In this document: piece by piece, positions 53,344-63,160 of the stretch | Layout of the letters: each line of letters starts with the position of its first letter | Numbering within the stretch: position 1 is the stretch's first letter | Assembly (NCBI GenBank): GCA_045636445.1 | Contig: JAZTXO010000077.1 | Span: 2,410-66,409, forward strand | DNA length: 64,000 bases | Source of the DNA: Eubacteriales bacterium | GTDB taxonomy: Bacteria > Bacillota > Clostridia > Oscillospirales > CAG-272 | Direction: 5' to 3' | Position numbers and translations under genes: made by a program | The notes under the pieces: generated by a model | What the model was told of the DNA's origin: nothing | The model's input: only the letters and a program-made list of their open reading frames with translations | The model's database searches: none

Positions 53344-54429
53344 ATGAATATTCTTGCGTTTGAAAGCTCCTGCGACGAGACCAGCGCGGCAGTCGTTTCC
53401 TTTGACGGAGAGAGCTTTAAGGTAAAATCGAATATTATAGCTTCCCAGGTTGAAACTCACCGTGTTTTCGGCGGAGTCGTACCGGAAATTGCAAGTCGAG
53501 CGCACACCGAGGCAATATCCCGTATAACCTACGAGGCTCTTGACGAGGCAAAGGTTACGGTAAAGGACATCGACCTTGTTGCGGTTACGGCAAATCCCGG
53601 ACTTATCGGAGCGTTGCTTGTGGGAGTGAATTTTGCGAAGGCTTTGGCTGCGGCAAACTCCATTCCTCTCGTGGCGGTAGACCACATCAAGGGGCATATT
53701 GCGGCAGCCTATCTTTCGGAGAACACGCCGAAGCCGCCCTATCTTGCTCTTGCGGTGTCGGGAGGACATACGGCAATCTACCTTGCGGAAAGCTACACCG
53801 ATTTTAAGATTATAGGCACGACCCGCGACGACGCTATTGGCGAGTCCTTTGACAAAATAGGCAGAATTATCGGTATTCCCTATCCTGCCGGACGAGGCTT
53901 TGACGAGCTTTCGGCAAGAGGATTTGAGAGAGCGACTGGCGTTTCCGTTACCGAGGGAGCTTACGGAAAATACAAGAAGTCTAGCGCATACAAGGACAAG
54001 TCTATGACTCTTCCTTCCCCTGCGTTGTCGGGCGACAACCTTGATTTTTCCTTCTCGGGATTGAAAACCGCGGCTATAAATCTTCTTCACCGCCACGAAA
54101 TGACAGGTACGCAAATCGACAAGGAGCTTTTTGCCGCAAGATACACCTTTGAGGCGGTTGAAGCGGTCGCCGTCAAAATTAAAGCGGCTCTTGAAAAATA
54201 TCCCACGCTGCCTCTTGTTTGCGCGGGAGGAGTTGCGGCAAACTCACATTTAAGAAGACGGCTTTCAGAGGTGTGCGAAGGCTTTAAGAGAGAGCTTTAC
54301 ATTCCCTCTCTTTCCCTTTGCGGTGACAACGGAGCAATGATTGCCGCCCAGGGATATTTTGAATTTTTATCAGGAAATATTGCAGACTCCTCGCTTAACG
54401 CATCGGCGCTTGATTCTATCGGCGCATGA
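53344..54429 (+). CDS. tsaD: tRNA N6-adenosine threonylcarbamoyltransferase
   Basis: SCDETSAAVV, VDHIKGHI, SGGHT and DFSFSGLKT are present. It carries a ~24-aa insertion (GVSVTEGAYGKYKKSSAYKDKSMT..) before DFSFSGLKT, relative to the E. coli and B. subtilis proteins as I recall them. Confidence 0.9.
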   Translation: MNILAFESSCDETSAAVVSFDGESFKVKSNIIASQVETHRVFGGVVPEIASRAHTEAISRITYEALDEAKVTVKDIDLVAVTANPGLIGALLVGVNFAKALAAANSIPLVAVDHIKGHIAAAYLSENTPKPPYLALAVSGGHTAIYLAESYTDFKIIGTTRDDAIGESFDKIGRIIGIPYPAGRGFDELSARGFERATGVSVTEGAYGKYKKSSAYKDKSMTLPSPALSGDNLDFSFSGLKTAAINLLHRHEMTGTQIDKELFAARYTFEAVEAVAVKIKAALEKYPTLPLVCAGGVAANSHLRRRLSEVCEGFKRELYIPSLSLCGDNGAMIAAQGYFEFLSGNIADSSLNASALDSIGA

Positions 54430-54453
54430 GGAGCATGAAAGGCATAAATAGAA

Positions 54454-55149
54454 ATGGAAAGTATTGATAAAGTAAACGGCACATACGAGCGTCGCGGGGC
54501 AGCCGAGCAAAAAAACGAAGTGCCCTCTGCGGTAATTAAAAGGCTTCCCAGATACCACCGTTATCTTGGCGACCTTCTTGCCGAGGGAAAGCTCAGAATT
54601 TCATCTGCGGAGCTTTCAAGGCTTATGAACGTTACCGCATCCCAGATACGCCAGGACTTAAACTGCTTTGGCGGCTTCGGTCAGCAGGGATACGGCTACA
54701 ATATTAAATATCTTCACGGCAAAATCAGCGAGCTTCTCGGTGTCAGCGAGGGATACAACGCTGTAATCGTGGGCGCGGGTAATCTCGGTAAGGCTCTCGC
54801 TTCCACCAATATGTTCAGAAGAAGAGGAGTTACCCGTCTTGCCCTCTTTGACAACAACGAGAGCATTATCGGAAGCGAAATTTACGGAATCCCCGTATAT
54901 CACGTTGACGCTCTTTACGAGTTCTGCGTTGAAAACAAGGTAGACATCGGTGTTCTCACCGTACCCAAGGAGGCTGCCGAAAAGGTTGCCGAAACTATGG
55001 TCAAGGCGGGAGTCAAAGGTCTTTGGAATTTCGCAAATATGGAGCTTAAGATTGACGACGAGTCGGTGGTTGTTGAAAATATCCACCTTGGCGACTCGCT
55101 TATGACTCTTTGCTACGAAATTAAAGAAAGAGCCGAGGGCGAACAATGA
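54454..55149 (+). CDS. rex: Redox-sensing transcriptional repressor Rex
   Basis: The winged helix has IKRLPRYHRYL and the Rossmann fold has IVGAGNLGKAL. Confidence 0.85.
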   Translation: MESIDKVNGTYERRGAAEQKNEVPSAVIKRLPRYHRYLGDLLAEGKLRISSAELSRLMNVTASQIRQDLNCFGGFGQQGYGYNIKYLHGKISELLGVSEGYNAVIVGAGNLGKALASTNMFRRRGVTRLALFDNNESIIGSEIYGIPVYHVDALYEFCVENKVDIGVLTVPKEAAEKVAETMVKAGVKGLWNFANMELKIDDESVVVENIHLGDSLMTLCYEIKERAEGEQ

Positions 55150-56117
55150 AATACATAATTAAAAAAGGCTCTGCCCCCTCTTTGCTTACCGAGGCGACAA
55201 GAGAAGAGCTGCTGGTGCTTTCTGCCGTTGCTCTTTCCGAGTGCGGTCTTGACGGCGAGGCTGCCGCAAAGGCGGTTGGGGTTTCAAAGGCGAGAGCCGT
55301 AAGCGCGCTTGCTCTCTGGCTTGAAGCGGGAGCTGTTATCCCCTTTGAAGGAGAAAATGCCGAGGATAGCTCTATTGACGCCCCCGCTATCGAAGAGGAA
55401 TTTGAACCAAGAGTTCAAATTGGAGAGCTTTACGAGGAGCAAGCGGTTAAAATTGCCAAGGCTATTCGTGACGAGGAGCTGTCCGAGCTTCTTTCGGAAT
55501 GCGCCGCCCTTATGTCAAAGCCCGCTCTTACTACCCAAGAGGTCAAAATCATAACCTCGGTATATACTCAATACGCTTTGAGCGAAGATTATCTTCTCAC
55601 CCTGGCGGCATATCTTGCATCTGTGGGCAAACTCACAGCTCCAAGGCTTAGAGACAAGGCGATTTCCCTTGTGGGCAAATCTATCGACACCACCGAAGCT
55701 CTCGAGGTCTACATAAAGGACAAGGAGTCGGAAGCAAAAGACGAGCAGGAGATACGAAGAACTCTCGGCATTTGGTCAAGAAAAATTACCGACTCGGAAA
55801 GAGAGATTTTCGACAAGTGGACGGTAAGCTTCGGCTACTCCACCGTCATAATAGGCGAAGCCTATTCCATCTGCGTCAACAACACCGGCAGACTTTCGGT
55901 AAGCTATATGGACAAGGTGCTAACCTCTTGGCATACTATGGGATTAAAAACCCTTGAAGAGTGCAGAGCCGCAAAGGCTGTGACAAAGGCGGACGGTGAG
56001 GAAAAACCGAAGAGAAGCGCTCCGAAATCCGAGCCTGCAAAGCCGCGTTACGGTGATTTTGACGTAAACGACGCCTTCCAGAAGGCGCTTATGCGAAGCT
56101 ACGAGGAAAACAAATAA
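55146..56117 (+). CDS. DnaD/DnaB_2-domain replication initiation protein
   Basis: 323 aa. The C-terminal DnaD domain reads ..REIFDKWTVSFGYSTVIIGEAYSICVNNTGRLSVSYMDKVLTSWHTMGLKT. It is followed by the helicase-loader gene. The start overlaps the rex stop (ATGA). Confidence 0.7.
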   Translation: MKYIIKKGSAPSLLTEATREELLVLSAVALSECGLDGEAAAKAVGVSKARAVSALALWLEAGAVIPFEGENAEDSSIDAPAIEEEFEPRVQIGELYEEQAVKIAKAIRDEELSELLSECAALMSKPALTTQEVKIITSVYTQYALSEDYLLTLAAYLASVGKLTAPRLRDKAISLVGKSIDTTEALEVYIKDKESEAKDEQEIRRTLGIWSRKITDSEREIFDKWTVSFGYSTVIIGEAYSICVNNTGRLSVSYMDKVLTSWHTMGLKTLEECRAAKAVTKADGEEKPKRSAPKSEPAKPRYGDFDVNDAFQKALMRSYEENK

Positions 56118-56135
56118 TTTTTGGAGAAAACGTAT

Positions 56136-57089
56136 ATGTATAATTACGAAAAATATACGGCGGTTAAGGCTGAAATAGAAAACCGCAGAATAAGAGCCGA
56201 GGCTGAAGCTGACAGACGAGCCGAGGAAATGCGTATTAAGTCGGCGGAGATTGCCGAGATTGATGCGGAGCTTTCGGGTACGGGAATGAAGCTTTTCAAG
56301 GCGGCTCTTGCAGGTGAGGATCTGACTCCCTTAAGAGATAGAAACCAGGCTCTTATCGCCAAGAAAAAGGAGATTATCAAGGCTCTCGGCTATCCCGAGG
56401 ACTACACCGAGGTTCGCTACTCCTGCGAAAAATGCTCGGACACCGGCTATATTGGCGGCACAAAGGTCTGCTCCTGCTTGAAAGAGGCTCTTGTCAAGGC
56501 GGCAATCGCTTCATCGGGCATCGGAAATCTTATAGAAAAGCAGTCTTTTGAGAATTTCGAGCTTGGTCTTTACAGAAAGAGCGAAAAGCACTATTCACTT
56601 ATGTCCTCAAATCTTGAAGCGGCAAAGGCTTATGCAAGAGATTTCAAGGAAAAACGGGGAAATCTGCTTCTTATCGGCAAGACCGGCACGGGCAAAACCC
56701 ACCTTTCCACCGCTATTGCAAGAGAGGTAATAAAGCAGGGCTTTGACGTAATTTACGACTCCACGCAGAATATTATTTCGGATTTTGAGACCGACAGATT
56801 TAAAAACGCCTACACTCAAGCCGAGCCGAAAGCCGACAAATATCTTGAATGCGACCTGCTTATTATGGACGACCTGGGTACGGAGTTTGTGACTCCCTTT
56901 ACCCTTTCCTGCCTTTATAATCTCATTAACACAAGACAGAACAGAGGTCTTTCCACCATCGTTTCCACAAATTTAAACAATGAAGAGCTTTCAAAAAAAT
57001 ACGAGGACAGAATCTACTCTCGTATTATGGGTTCAAGCTACAAGGTTCTCTTCTTTGAGGGACTTGATTACCGAATCGACGGAAAGTAA
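56136..57089 (+). CDS. DnaI/DnaC-family replicative helicase loader (AAA+)
   Basis: The N-terminal zinc module is CEKCSDTGY..CSC. Walker A is GKTGTGKTHL and Walker B is LLIMDDLG. I take the start at MYNYEKY (56136, GGAG 9 nt upstream). Confidence 0.8.
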   Translation: MYNYEKYTAVKAEIENRRIRAEAEADRRAEEMRIKSAEIAEIDAELSGTGMKLFKAALAGEDLTPLRDRNQALIAKKKEIIKALGYPEDYTEVRYSCEKCSDTGYIGGTKVCSCLKEALVKAAIASSGIGNLIEKQSFENFELGLYRKSEKHYSLMSSNLEAAKAYARDFKEKRGNLLLIGKTGTGKTHLSTAIAREVIKQGFDVIYDSTQNIISDFETDRFKNAYTQAEPKADKYLECDLLIMDDLGTEFVTPFTLSCLYNLINTRQNRGLSTIVSTNLNNEELSKKYEDRIYSRIMGSSYKVLFFEGLDYRIDGK

Positions 57090-57309
57090 TCTTTTTTCCG
57101 AAAAACGACGCGTCTAAAAAGGACACAAAAGGGAGAAGTTTGAGGTTTTTTCTCGGTTTTTGCACACTTTTGTTTGCATTTATGCAGATTTTAGTCAAAA
57201 AAACGGTGTTACTTCCTGCCGATTGCGTTTAGGTTTTCTTGATACTTTAGACAAAAAATGAAAAGAAGAAAACAAACCTTTTTTCTTCTGTTTTTAAAAA
57301 GCGAAACGG

Positions 57310-57465
57310 CAAGTTTAAAACGCAAAATTGAAAAAGTTTAAAGCAAAAAAGGAAAAGTTTAAAATGCCAAGACTTCAAAGCTTAAAGCAAAACTGCAAAG
57401 CTTAAAATCTCAAAACTTCAAAGCTTGAAAAACCAAGGCTGCAAAGTTTGAAAAACCAAGGCTGC
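57310..57465 (+). repeat. Degenerate A-rich tandem repeats built on CAAAG(C/T)TT(A/G)AAA; the last two units form a 23-bp near-perfect duplication
   Basis: CAAAGCTTGAAAAACCAAGGCTG (57418-57440) is repeated as CAAAGTTTGAAAAACCAAGGCTG (57441-57463). Shorter AAGTTTAAA/AAGCTTAAA units lie upstream. Confidence 0.8.
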
Positions 57466-57691
57466 AAAAGGAACTTTTACCTTTGATTCAAGAAAAAGAA
57501 AAAGGCACTCTCCGAAAATCTCGGCAAAATCACCCGGGTTTAGCAAATATGCACAAAAGGGAAGCTCAAAATTTAGCATCAAGGCGTTTTTTTTAAAAAT
57601 AAATCGTTTTTAATCTGTAAACGCTATTGACTTTAAGTTTTAAGTAGTATAAAATAAATGTACCAAAATATCCTTGAAAGGGAGTACAATA

Positions 57692-58456
57692 ATGAAAAAA
57701 ATACTGTTTGCTATGTTTATTCTCGCAATTGCTATGTTCGCTATGGCATCTTGCGACAATCAAAATGAAAACAACGGTGACCAGAACAACACCGGAAATG
57801 ATAATACCATTGTCTGCGACCACAGCGAAGTCGTTGAGGTTCTTGCAGTTAAGGCAACCTGTACCAAAGACGGTAAGACCGAGGGTACTGCTTGTAAGAA
57901 GTGCGGAGTTGTTATCTCCGGCTGTACTGTAATTAAGGCTTTCAATCATAAGGGTACTACCGTTACCATGAAGGCTACCGAAGCTACCTGCCAGAAGGCG
58001 GGAAGCACCGAGGGTAAGAGATGTACTGCTTGTCTTAAGGTTCTTGTATCTCCTACCACTATCAAAAAGCTTGACCACACACCTGTGGATAACGCTACGG
58101 TTGATGCAACCTGCACCGAGTCCGGCTCTACCGGCGGAACTCACTGCGGCGTTTGCTACGAGAATCTTACCGATCCCACCATCACCGAGCCCAACAAGCA
58201 CGACTATCAGGCTATGGAAGAACTTGCTCCTACCTGCCAGGAAGACGGTCGCACCGGCGGTGTTGCTTGTACCAAGTGCGGTAAAGTAGCTGTTGAGCCT
58301 ACTGTTGTTCCCAAGGGCGAAGAGTACCACGATTACGAGTGGACTGTTGACGCAGAGGACGCAACCAAGGAAAACGGCGTTTGCAATAATGACAATTGCA
58401 CATCCGAAATCCAGAGAGACGTTGTTGCTGACGACGATCAGACCGACGCTGCTTAA
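57692..58456 (+). CDS. Lipoprotein with four ~42-aa Cys/His repeats (ATCxxxGxTxGxxCxxC..H)
   Basis: The lipobox is AMASC. The repeats are ATCTKDGKTEGTACKKCG, ATCQKAGSTEGKRCTACL, ATCTESGSTGGTHCGVCY and PTCQEDGRTGGVACTKCG, each followed by a His. I take the start at MKKILF (57692). Confidence 0.75.
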   Translation: MKKILFAMFILAIAMFAMASCDNQNENNGDQNNTGNDNTIVCDHSEVVEVLAVKATCTKDGKTEGTACKKCGVVISGCTVIKAFNHKGTTVTMKATEATCQKAGSTEGKRCTACLKVLVSPTTIKKLDHTPVDNATVDATCTESGSTGGTHCGVCYENLTDPTITEPNKHDYQAMEELAPTCQEDGRTGGVACTKCGKVAVEPTVVPKGEEYHDYEWTVDAEDATKENGVCNNDNCTSEIQRDVVADDDQTDAA

Positions 58457-58540
58457 TTTTCCCTAAAAATTCAAGGTATATAAAGGCATAATTCTTTATA
58501 ACAACTTTAAGTTAAACAGAATATCTTGTCTACCGACATA

Positions 58541-58579
58541 AAAAAGCAGAGAATGTGAAAACATTCTCTGCTTTTTTTC
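58541..58579 (+). terminator. Bidirectional rho-independent terminator between convergent genes
   Basis: AAAAA-AGCAGAGAATGT-GAAA-ACATTCTCTGCT-TTTTTTT. Confidence 0.85.
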
Positions 58580-58759
58580 TTAATAAATGCCGCTAAAGCC
58601 GCAACGAAACCGCATTATAGCTTTGGCGACGCAACTTTTAACTCTATCTCATCTCGGGCGAATTATATTTTTGCGATGCAAAATTTCAACTTCAAGCCGC
58701 AACGCAAGGCGACAATGGCCGCTTTAGGGCCTTTTGGCACAAAGCCGCATTTTTAAAGA

Positions 58760-59653
58760 TTATTTATCCTGCCTTTCGGCTTTCTTTATTTCGTAAATTT
58801 CAGCGGCAATCATTGAGCCGATAACTACAACAGTACCTATTGCAATCGCAAGAGACATTCCCTCTCTCAAAACAAAGGCGGACAAAAGCACCGCAAACAC
58901 CGGGTCGATATAGCCGAAGAGAGATACTGTGACAGCAGGCAGCTTTCCAACCGAGCCGAAGAAGAGAAGATAGGCAACTCCAGTATGTAAAACGCCAAGA
59001 ACGACGGTCAATGCAATAGAAGTTGGCTCAAAGAATTCAGCCGACACCTCTTCCGCAAAGGCAAAATAGGGCGATACCGTCACCGCCGCAACAAAAAGCT
59101 GCACCAAGGTACGGTCAAGAGAAGAAATATCCTTTAATTTTTTGTTGGTAACAGTCACAGCGGCATAAAAAACCGCAGCGATAAGGGCAAGAGCAATTCC
59201 GAAAAATCCTCCAACGCCCTCTTCCGACCAAGGCTCGCAAACAAGCACCATTCCAAGCACCGCCACGCAAACGGCAAGAGTTTTCACCCTCCCTGCTCTT
59301 TCGCCAAGGACAATTGGTGAGAAAATCAGCACGAAAAGCGGCGCCATATAGTAGGCAAGAGTCGCAGCCGCAACGGTGGTATGGTTGAAGCTTTCAAAAA
59401 GGAATATCCAATTTATTCCGATAAACGCACCCGAAAGCACAAGAGGCAGAGCGTTTTTCTTTATTGCCGAAAAAGACGGCAGCTTCCTTGTGACCAGCAT
59501 AAAAAGCAGTATTACAAGACAGCCGATAAAGCCTCTTGACATTGCGAGAAATCCCGAGGGAAAGGCAACGAATCGCCTTAAAGCTCCCACAGTGCCGAAA
59601 ATCAGCATTGAAATCATTGCCTCAATATGAGGCATATACTTTATATTTTTCAT
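58760..59653 (-). CDS. EamA/DMT-family transporter
   Basis: It has ten hydrophobic segments in two EamA-like halves. The start is uncertain: ATG 59653 has GGAG only 3 nt upstream, and the track uses TTG 59662. Confidence 0.75.
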   Translation of the reverse strand: MKNIKYMPHIEAMISMLIFGTVGALRRFVAFPSGFLAMSRGFIGCLVILLFMLVTRKLPSFSAIKKNALPLVLSGAFIGINWIFLFESFNHTTVAAATLAYYMAPLFVLIFSPIVLGERAGRVKTLAVCVAVLGMVLVCEPWSEEGVGGFFGIALALIAAVFYAAVTVTNKKLKDISSLDRTLVQLFVAAVTVSPYFAFAEEVSAEFFEPTSIALTVVLGVLHTGVAYLLFFGSVGKLPAVTVSLFGYIDPVFAVLLSAFVLREGMSLAIAIGTVVVIGSMIAAEIYEIKKAERQDK

Positions 59654-59671
59654 AATCTCCAAAAAAGACGC

Positions 59672-59696
59672 GGGGCTGACGCACAGCCCCTTTTTT
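59672..59696. terminator. Hairpin GGGGCTG-ACGCA-CAGCCCC with T6 on the plus strand and GCGTCTTTTTT on the minus strand
   Basis: Read directly. It lies only about 10-20 nt upstream of the EamA start region. Confidence 0.6.
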
Positions 59697-59827
59697 CATA
59701 ACTCTAAACTTGGGCAACGCCCAATTATAACGATGCAAAGCATCTTATAACTCATAACTTGCCGAAGGCAACCATAACGATGCGAAGCATCTTATAACTT
59801 GCCAAAGGCAATCATAACTCATAATTT
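59697..59827 (+). repeat. Tandem mini-hairpin array (TTGGGC-AAC-GCCCAA, GATGC-AAA-GCATC, TTGCC-GAA-GGCAA, GATGC-GAA-GCATC, TTGCC-AAA-GGCAA) spaced by (C/T)ATAAC
   Basis: Read directly, with a 20-27 bp period. It starts at, and overlaps, the stop codon of the DUF1667 gene (59812-59814). Confidence 0.9.
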
Positions 59828-60174
59828 GCGGTAGCCACAAGATTTGCACCGGTTGAAAGAAGATTTTCGATTACAACGTCGCCTATATTCACGTCTCCCG
59901 AAAGTCTTACGCGGTTAATCTCCGCCATAGCCTCAAAAATAAGCTCCTTGGGGATTGCTCTGTCGGTTTTTACCGCAATTGGTACGCCCGAGGTATGCAT
60001 AACTGTCGAGGTTACGGTGCGTCTTGGGTGAGTACATTCGTCGTTTGCGTAAGCTTCGCCACGCTTGCAGGCGTTGCCCTTTACCGAAATCGGCACGCCG
60101 CCCTCGTCAAGAGTAATTTCCATTTCGCATCCTCTGGGGCAGACGATGCAGGTAAGATTTCTAAGCTTTTCCAT
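59812..60174 (-). CDS. DUF1667 domain protein (third subunit of a clostridial FAD-oxidoreductase / glycerol-3-phosphate dehydrogenase-like operon)
   Basis: 120 aa with LTCIVCPRGCEMEI..GNACKRG. Confidence 0.8.
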   Translation of the reverse strand: MEKLRNLTCIVCPRGCEMEITLDEGGVPISVKGNACKRGEAYANDECTHPRRTVTSTVMHTSGVPIAVKTDRAIPKELIFEAMAEINRVRLSGDVNIGDVVIENLLSTGANLVATANYEL

Positions 60175-60188
60175 TTTTCAATCCTCCC

Positions 60189-61427
60189 TTACTCTATTCC
60201 AACGGTAATTTTGCCCGATTCCACCGAGGAAATCATCTCGGCAGTAAGGGTTACCGTTTCCATTTCGGCAGGAGCAAGTTTCAGCTTTTTCTTCTTCAAA
60301 ATCTCCCTCTCGCCATCACGAACAACAAGGTACTTGTCTCTCATAACCGAGCCGACACGGAAATACACCTTGGTTTCCTTTGCCTCGTTTATAATCTGGG
60401 GAACGGTGTAGCGAACGCCCCCAAATCCCTCTACCTTTATATTTATATTACTCTCTTCTCTGCCCGAAAGGTACTCGGCGGCAGCCTTACCCGCAAGGGC
60501 GGCTTCCTCCGAAACGTAGTCCACAAGGTCGTGAACGTGAAGCACGTTGCCGCAGGCAAAAACGCCCTCGACGGCAGTTTCTCTGTTCTGATTTACCACA
60601 GCTCCGCCCGTTACCGAGTCAAGAGAAATTCCGGCAGACTTGGTAAGCTCGTTTTCGGGAATAAGACCGCAGGAAAGAAGAAGAGTGTCGCACTCAATCT
60701 CGATTTCGCTTCCGGGAATAGGACAGCGGTTTTCGTCAACCTTGGCAATAGTTACGCCCTCAAGACGCTCCTTTCCTCTAATGTCAACGACTGTGTGGGA
60801 AAGCATAAGAGGAATATTAAAATCGTTAAGGCACTGCTCGATATTTCTGGCAAGACCGCCCGAATAGGGCATAAGCTCCAAGACAGCCTTAACCTTTGCT
60901 CCCTCAAGAGTCATTCTTCTCGCCATAATAAGGCCAATGTCGCCCGAACCGAGAATTACAACCTCACGACCGGGCATATAACCCTTCATATTTACGAATT
61001 TTTGAGCAGTTCCAGCAGTATAAATTCCCGCAGGACGCGCTCCTGCAATATTAAGAGCGCCTTTAGGACGCTCTCTGCAACCCATAGCAAGAATAACCGC
61101 GCCTGCGTCAATGGTAAATATTCCCATTTTAGGACTCATAGCGGTTACCTTTTTGTTTTCGTCAATATCTATGACAATAGTGTCGGTCATAAAAGGAATA
61201 TCCATTTCCTTGACCATTTTTTCATATCTTGCGGCATATTCAGGGCCTGTCAGCTCCTCGCCAAAGCGGTGCAGACCGAAGCCGTTGTGAATACACTGTC
61301 TTAAAATTCCGCCGAGAGCCTCGTCACGCTCGATAATGAGAATATCTTTAACGCCTGCTTCTCTTGCGCTGACCGCAGCCGCCATACCGGCAGGGCCGCC
61401 GCCAATTATAACTAAATCGGTTTTCAT
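60189..61427 (-). CDS. NAD(P)/FAD-dependent pyridine nucleotide-disulfide-type oxidoreductase
   Basis: IIGGGPAGMAAA and ILGSGDIGL are dinucleotide-binding motifs. It is translationally close-packed with its neighbours. Confidence 0.8.
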   Translation of the reverse strand: MKTDLVIIGGGPAGMAAAVSAREAGVKDILIIERDEALGGILRQCIHNGFGLHRFGEELTGPEYAARYEKMVKEMDIPFMTDTIVIDIDENKKVTAMSPKMGIFTIDAGAVILAMGCRERPKGALNIAGARPAGIYTAGTAQKFVNMKGYMPGREVVILGSGDIGLIMARRMTLEGAKVKAVLELMPYSGGLARNIEQCLNDFNIPLMLSHTVVDIRGKERLEGVTIAKVDENRCPIPGSEIEIECDTLLLSCGLIPENELTKSAGISLDSVTGGAVVNQNRETAVEGVFACGNVLHVHDLVDYVSEEAALAGKAAAEYLSGREESNINIKVEGFGGVRYTVPQIINEAKETKVYFRVGSVMRDKYLVVRDGEREILKKKKLKLAPAEMETVTLTAEMISSVESGKITVGIE

Positions 61428-61429
61428 TT

Positions 61430-62863
61430 TTAAACCTCTTTCGTCTTTGATAGGTTAATATAGGATTTTCCGCCGAATTTTGTGACCTCGGTGTAGTCGA
61501 TTCCAAGCTCCTCGGAAAGAATTTCAACAATGTAGGGTGAGCAGAAGCCGCCCTGACATCTTCCCATAGTCGCTCTTGTTCTTCTCTTCACTCCGTCAAG
61601 GTCTCTTGCAGGGGGATTTGTCCTTATAGCCTCTCTGATTTCGCCCTCGGTTACAAGCTCACAACGGCAAACTATCTTTGCAAAGGCAGGATTTTCCTTT
61701 ATAATTTCGTTCTTTTCCTCTACCGAAAGAGAGGAGAAATAGTGCATCGGTTTGCGGTTGGGGTTAAAATCGGCTCGTTTTTCAAGAGAAAGTCCCTGCT
61801 CTTTAAGAATGTCTCTTACGTACTCGGCAATTGCGGGAGCAGCCGAAAGTCCGGGGCTTTCAACGCCTGCTGCGTTAACAAATCCGTCCCTTGGAGAGGT
61901 AATTATAAAATCACCGGTCGAGCCAACGGCACGAAGTCCGGAGAAGGAGGTAATAACCTTTCCGAAATTGACTCCCTTAACCTGGCGGCAAACGCCTGCT
62001 CGGATTTTTGCAATACCCTGGGCAGTAGTTCTCGTGTCGGTTTTGTCCTCAATATCCTCGGCAGTAGGGCCAAGAAGAAGATTGCCGTCAACGGTGGGAG
62101 AAACGAGAATTCCCTTACCCATTTTCGAGGGGCAGGAGAATACGGTATGACCGATAAGTCCTCCGCATTCCTTGTCAAGAAGCATATATTCGCCGCGTCT
62201 GGGCTTAACGCTAAAGCTTTCGTCACCTACAAGAGCCGCCACCTCGTCGGAGCGCGCTCCCGCAGCATTTACAACGTATTTTGCAAAAATTTCTCTTCCG
62301 TCATCGCTCTTTACAAGATAACCGTCAGTCTGCTTTTCAATAGAAACAACCTTAAAATCAAGGTATAGCGACGCTCCGTTGTCCATAGCGTTACCCACCG
62401 CAGCCATACAAAGCTCATAGGGGCAAAGGATTGCTCCCGTAGGTGCGTGAAGGGCATATTTTACCTCATCGCCAATATTCGGCTCGATTGAAAGAATCTC
62501 TTCTCTTGAAAGAAGCTTCAATCCCTCGACTCCGTTTTTGTTTCCTCTCTCAATAAGGCCGAGAAGAGTTTCCTTGTCCTCTTCGTCAAAGCCCACAACG
62601 AGAGAGCCGTTGTTTTTGTATTTTACGCCAAGCTCCGAGCAGACCTTTTCCATCATTTTCGAGCCTCGAACGTTGAGAAGCGCCTTAAGGCTGCCCTCTT
62701 TTGCGTCAAAGCCTGCGTGAACTATTGCGCTGTTTGCTCTTGTTGCTCCGAGAGCAACGTCATATCCTGCCTCGGCAATAGCAACCGAGGGAGTGTAGCG
62801 GGTAAGCTCTCTGGCAATCATGCCGCCTACGACGCCTGCGCCTATAACAAGAATTTCCGTCAT
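61430..62863 (-). CDS. FAD-dependent oxidoreductase (GlpA/LhgO-like) with C-terminal BFD-like [2Fe-2S] domain
   Basis: VIGAGVVGGMIAREL is present. The C-terminal cysteine pattern is CRCELVTEGEI..GRCQGGFC. Confidence 0.8.
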   Translation of the reverse strand: MTEILVIGAGVVGGMIARELTRYTPSVAIAEAGYDVALGATRANSAIVHAGFDAKEGSLKALLNVRGSKMMEKVCSELGVKYKNNGSLVVGFDEEDKETLLGLIERGNKNGVEGLKLLSREEILSIEPNIGDEVKYALHAPTGAILCPYELCMAAVGNAMDNGASLYLDFKVVSIEKQTDGYLVKSDDGREIFAKYVVNAAGARSDEVAALVGDESFSVKPRRGEYMLLDKECGGLIGHTVFSCPSKMGKGILVSPTVDGNLLLGPTAEDIEDKTDTRTTAQGIAKIRAGVCRQVKGVNFGKVITSFSGLRAVGSTGDFIITSPRDGFVNAAGVESPGLSAAPAIAEYVRDILKEQGLSLEKRADFNPNRKPMHYFSSLSVEEKNEIIKENPAFAKIVCRCELVTEGEIREAIRTNPPARDLDGVKRRTRATMGRCQGGFCSPYIVEILSEELGIDYTEVTKFGGKSYINLSKTKEV

Positions 62864-63080
62864 AATCGCTCCTATTTTTTTATTTTTTATTTAAATATTT
62901 TACCACACCAGAAAGGAAAATACAATACTTTACTTTAAAGAAAGATACAGTTTTTGACTGTGCGGCAATGCTCCCATACCCCGCTGTCCGTTTTGGAAAG
63001 GTGAGGAAGTTTTTTTGGTTCAGAGTACGGTTTAATCATAAAGGTTGCGTTAGCAAGGACGTATCCAAGACATTTTTTGT

Positions 63081-63160
63081 AAATTCAATTGTAGGGGACG
63101 GCGCCTCGACGTCCCGCAAAGGCACCTCGACGTCCCGCAAAGACGCCTCGACGTCCCGCG
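63081..63160 (+). repeat. Type C repeat: AAATTCAATTGTAGGGGACG followed by 3x 21-bp units (GNCNCCTCGACGTCCCGCAAA)
   Basis: Read directly. A second copy with 2 units lies at 63302-63358, and a single related unit at 21512-21545 (GTAGGGTACGGCGCCTCGACGTACCGCAAA). Confidence 0.9.
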
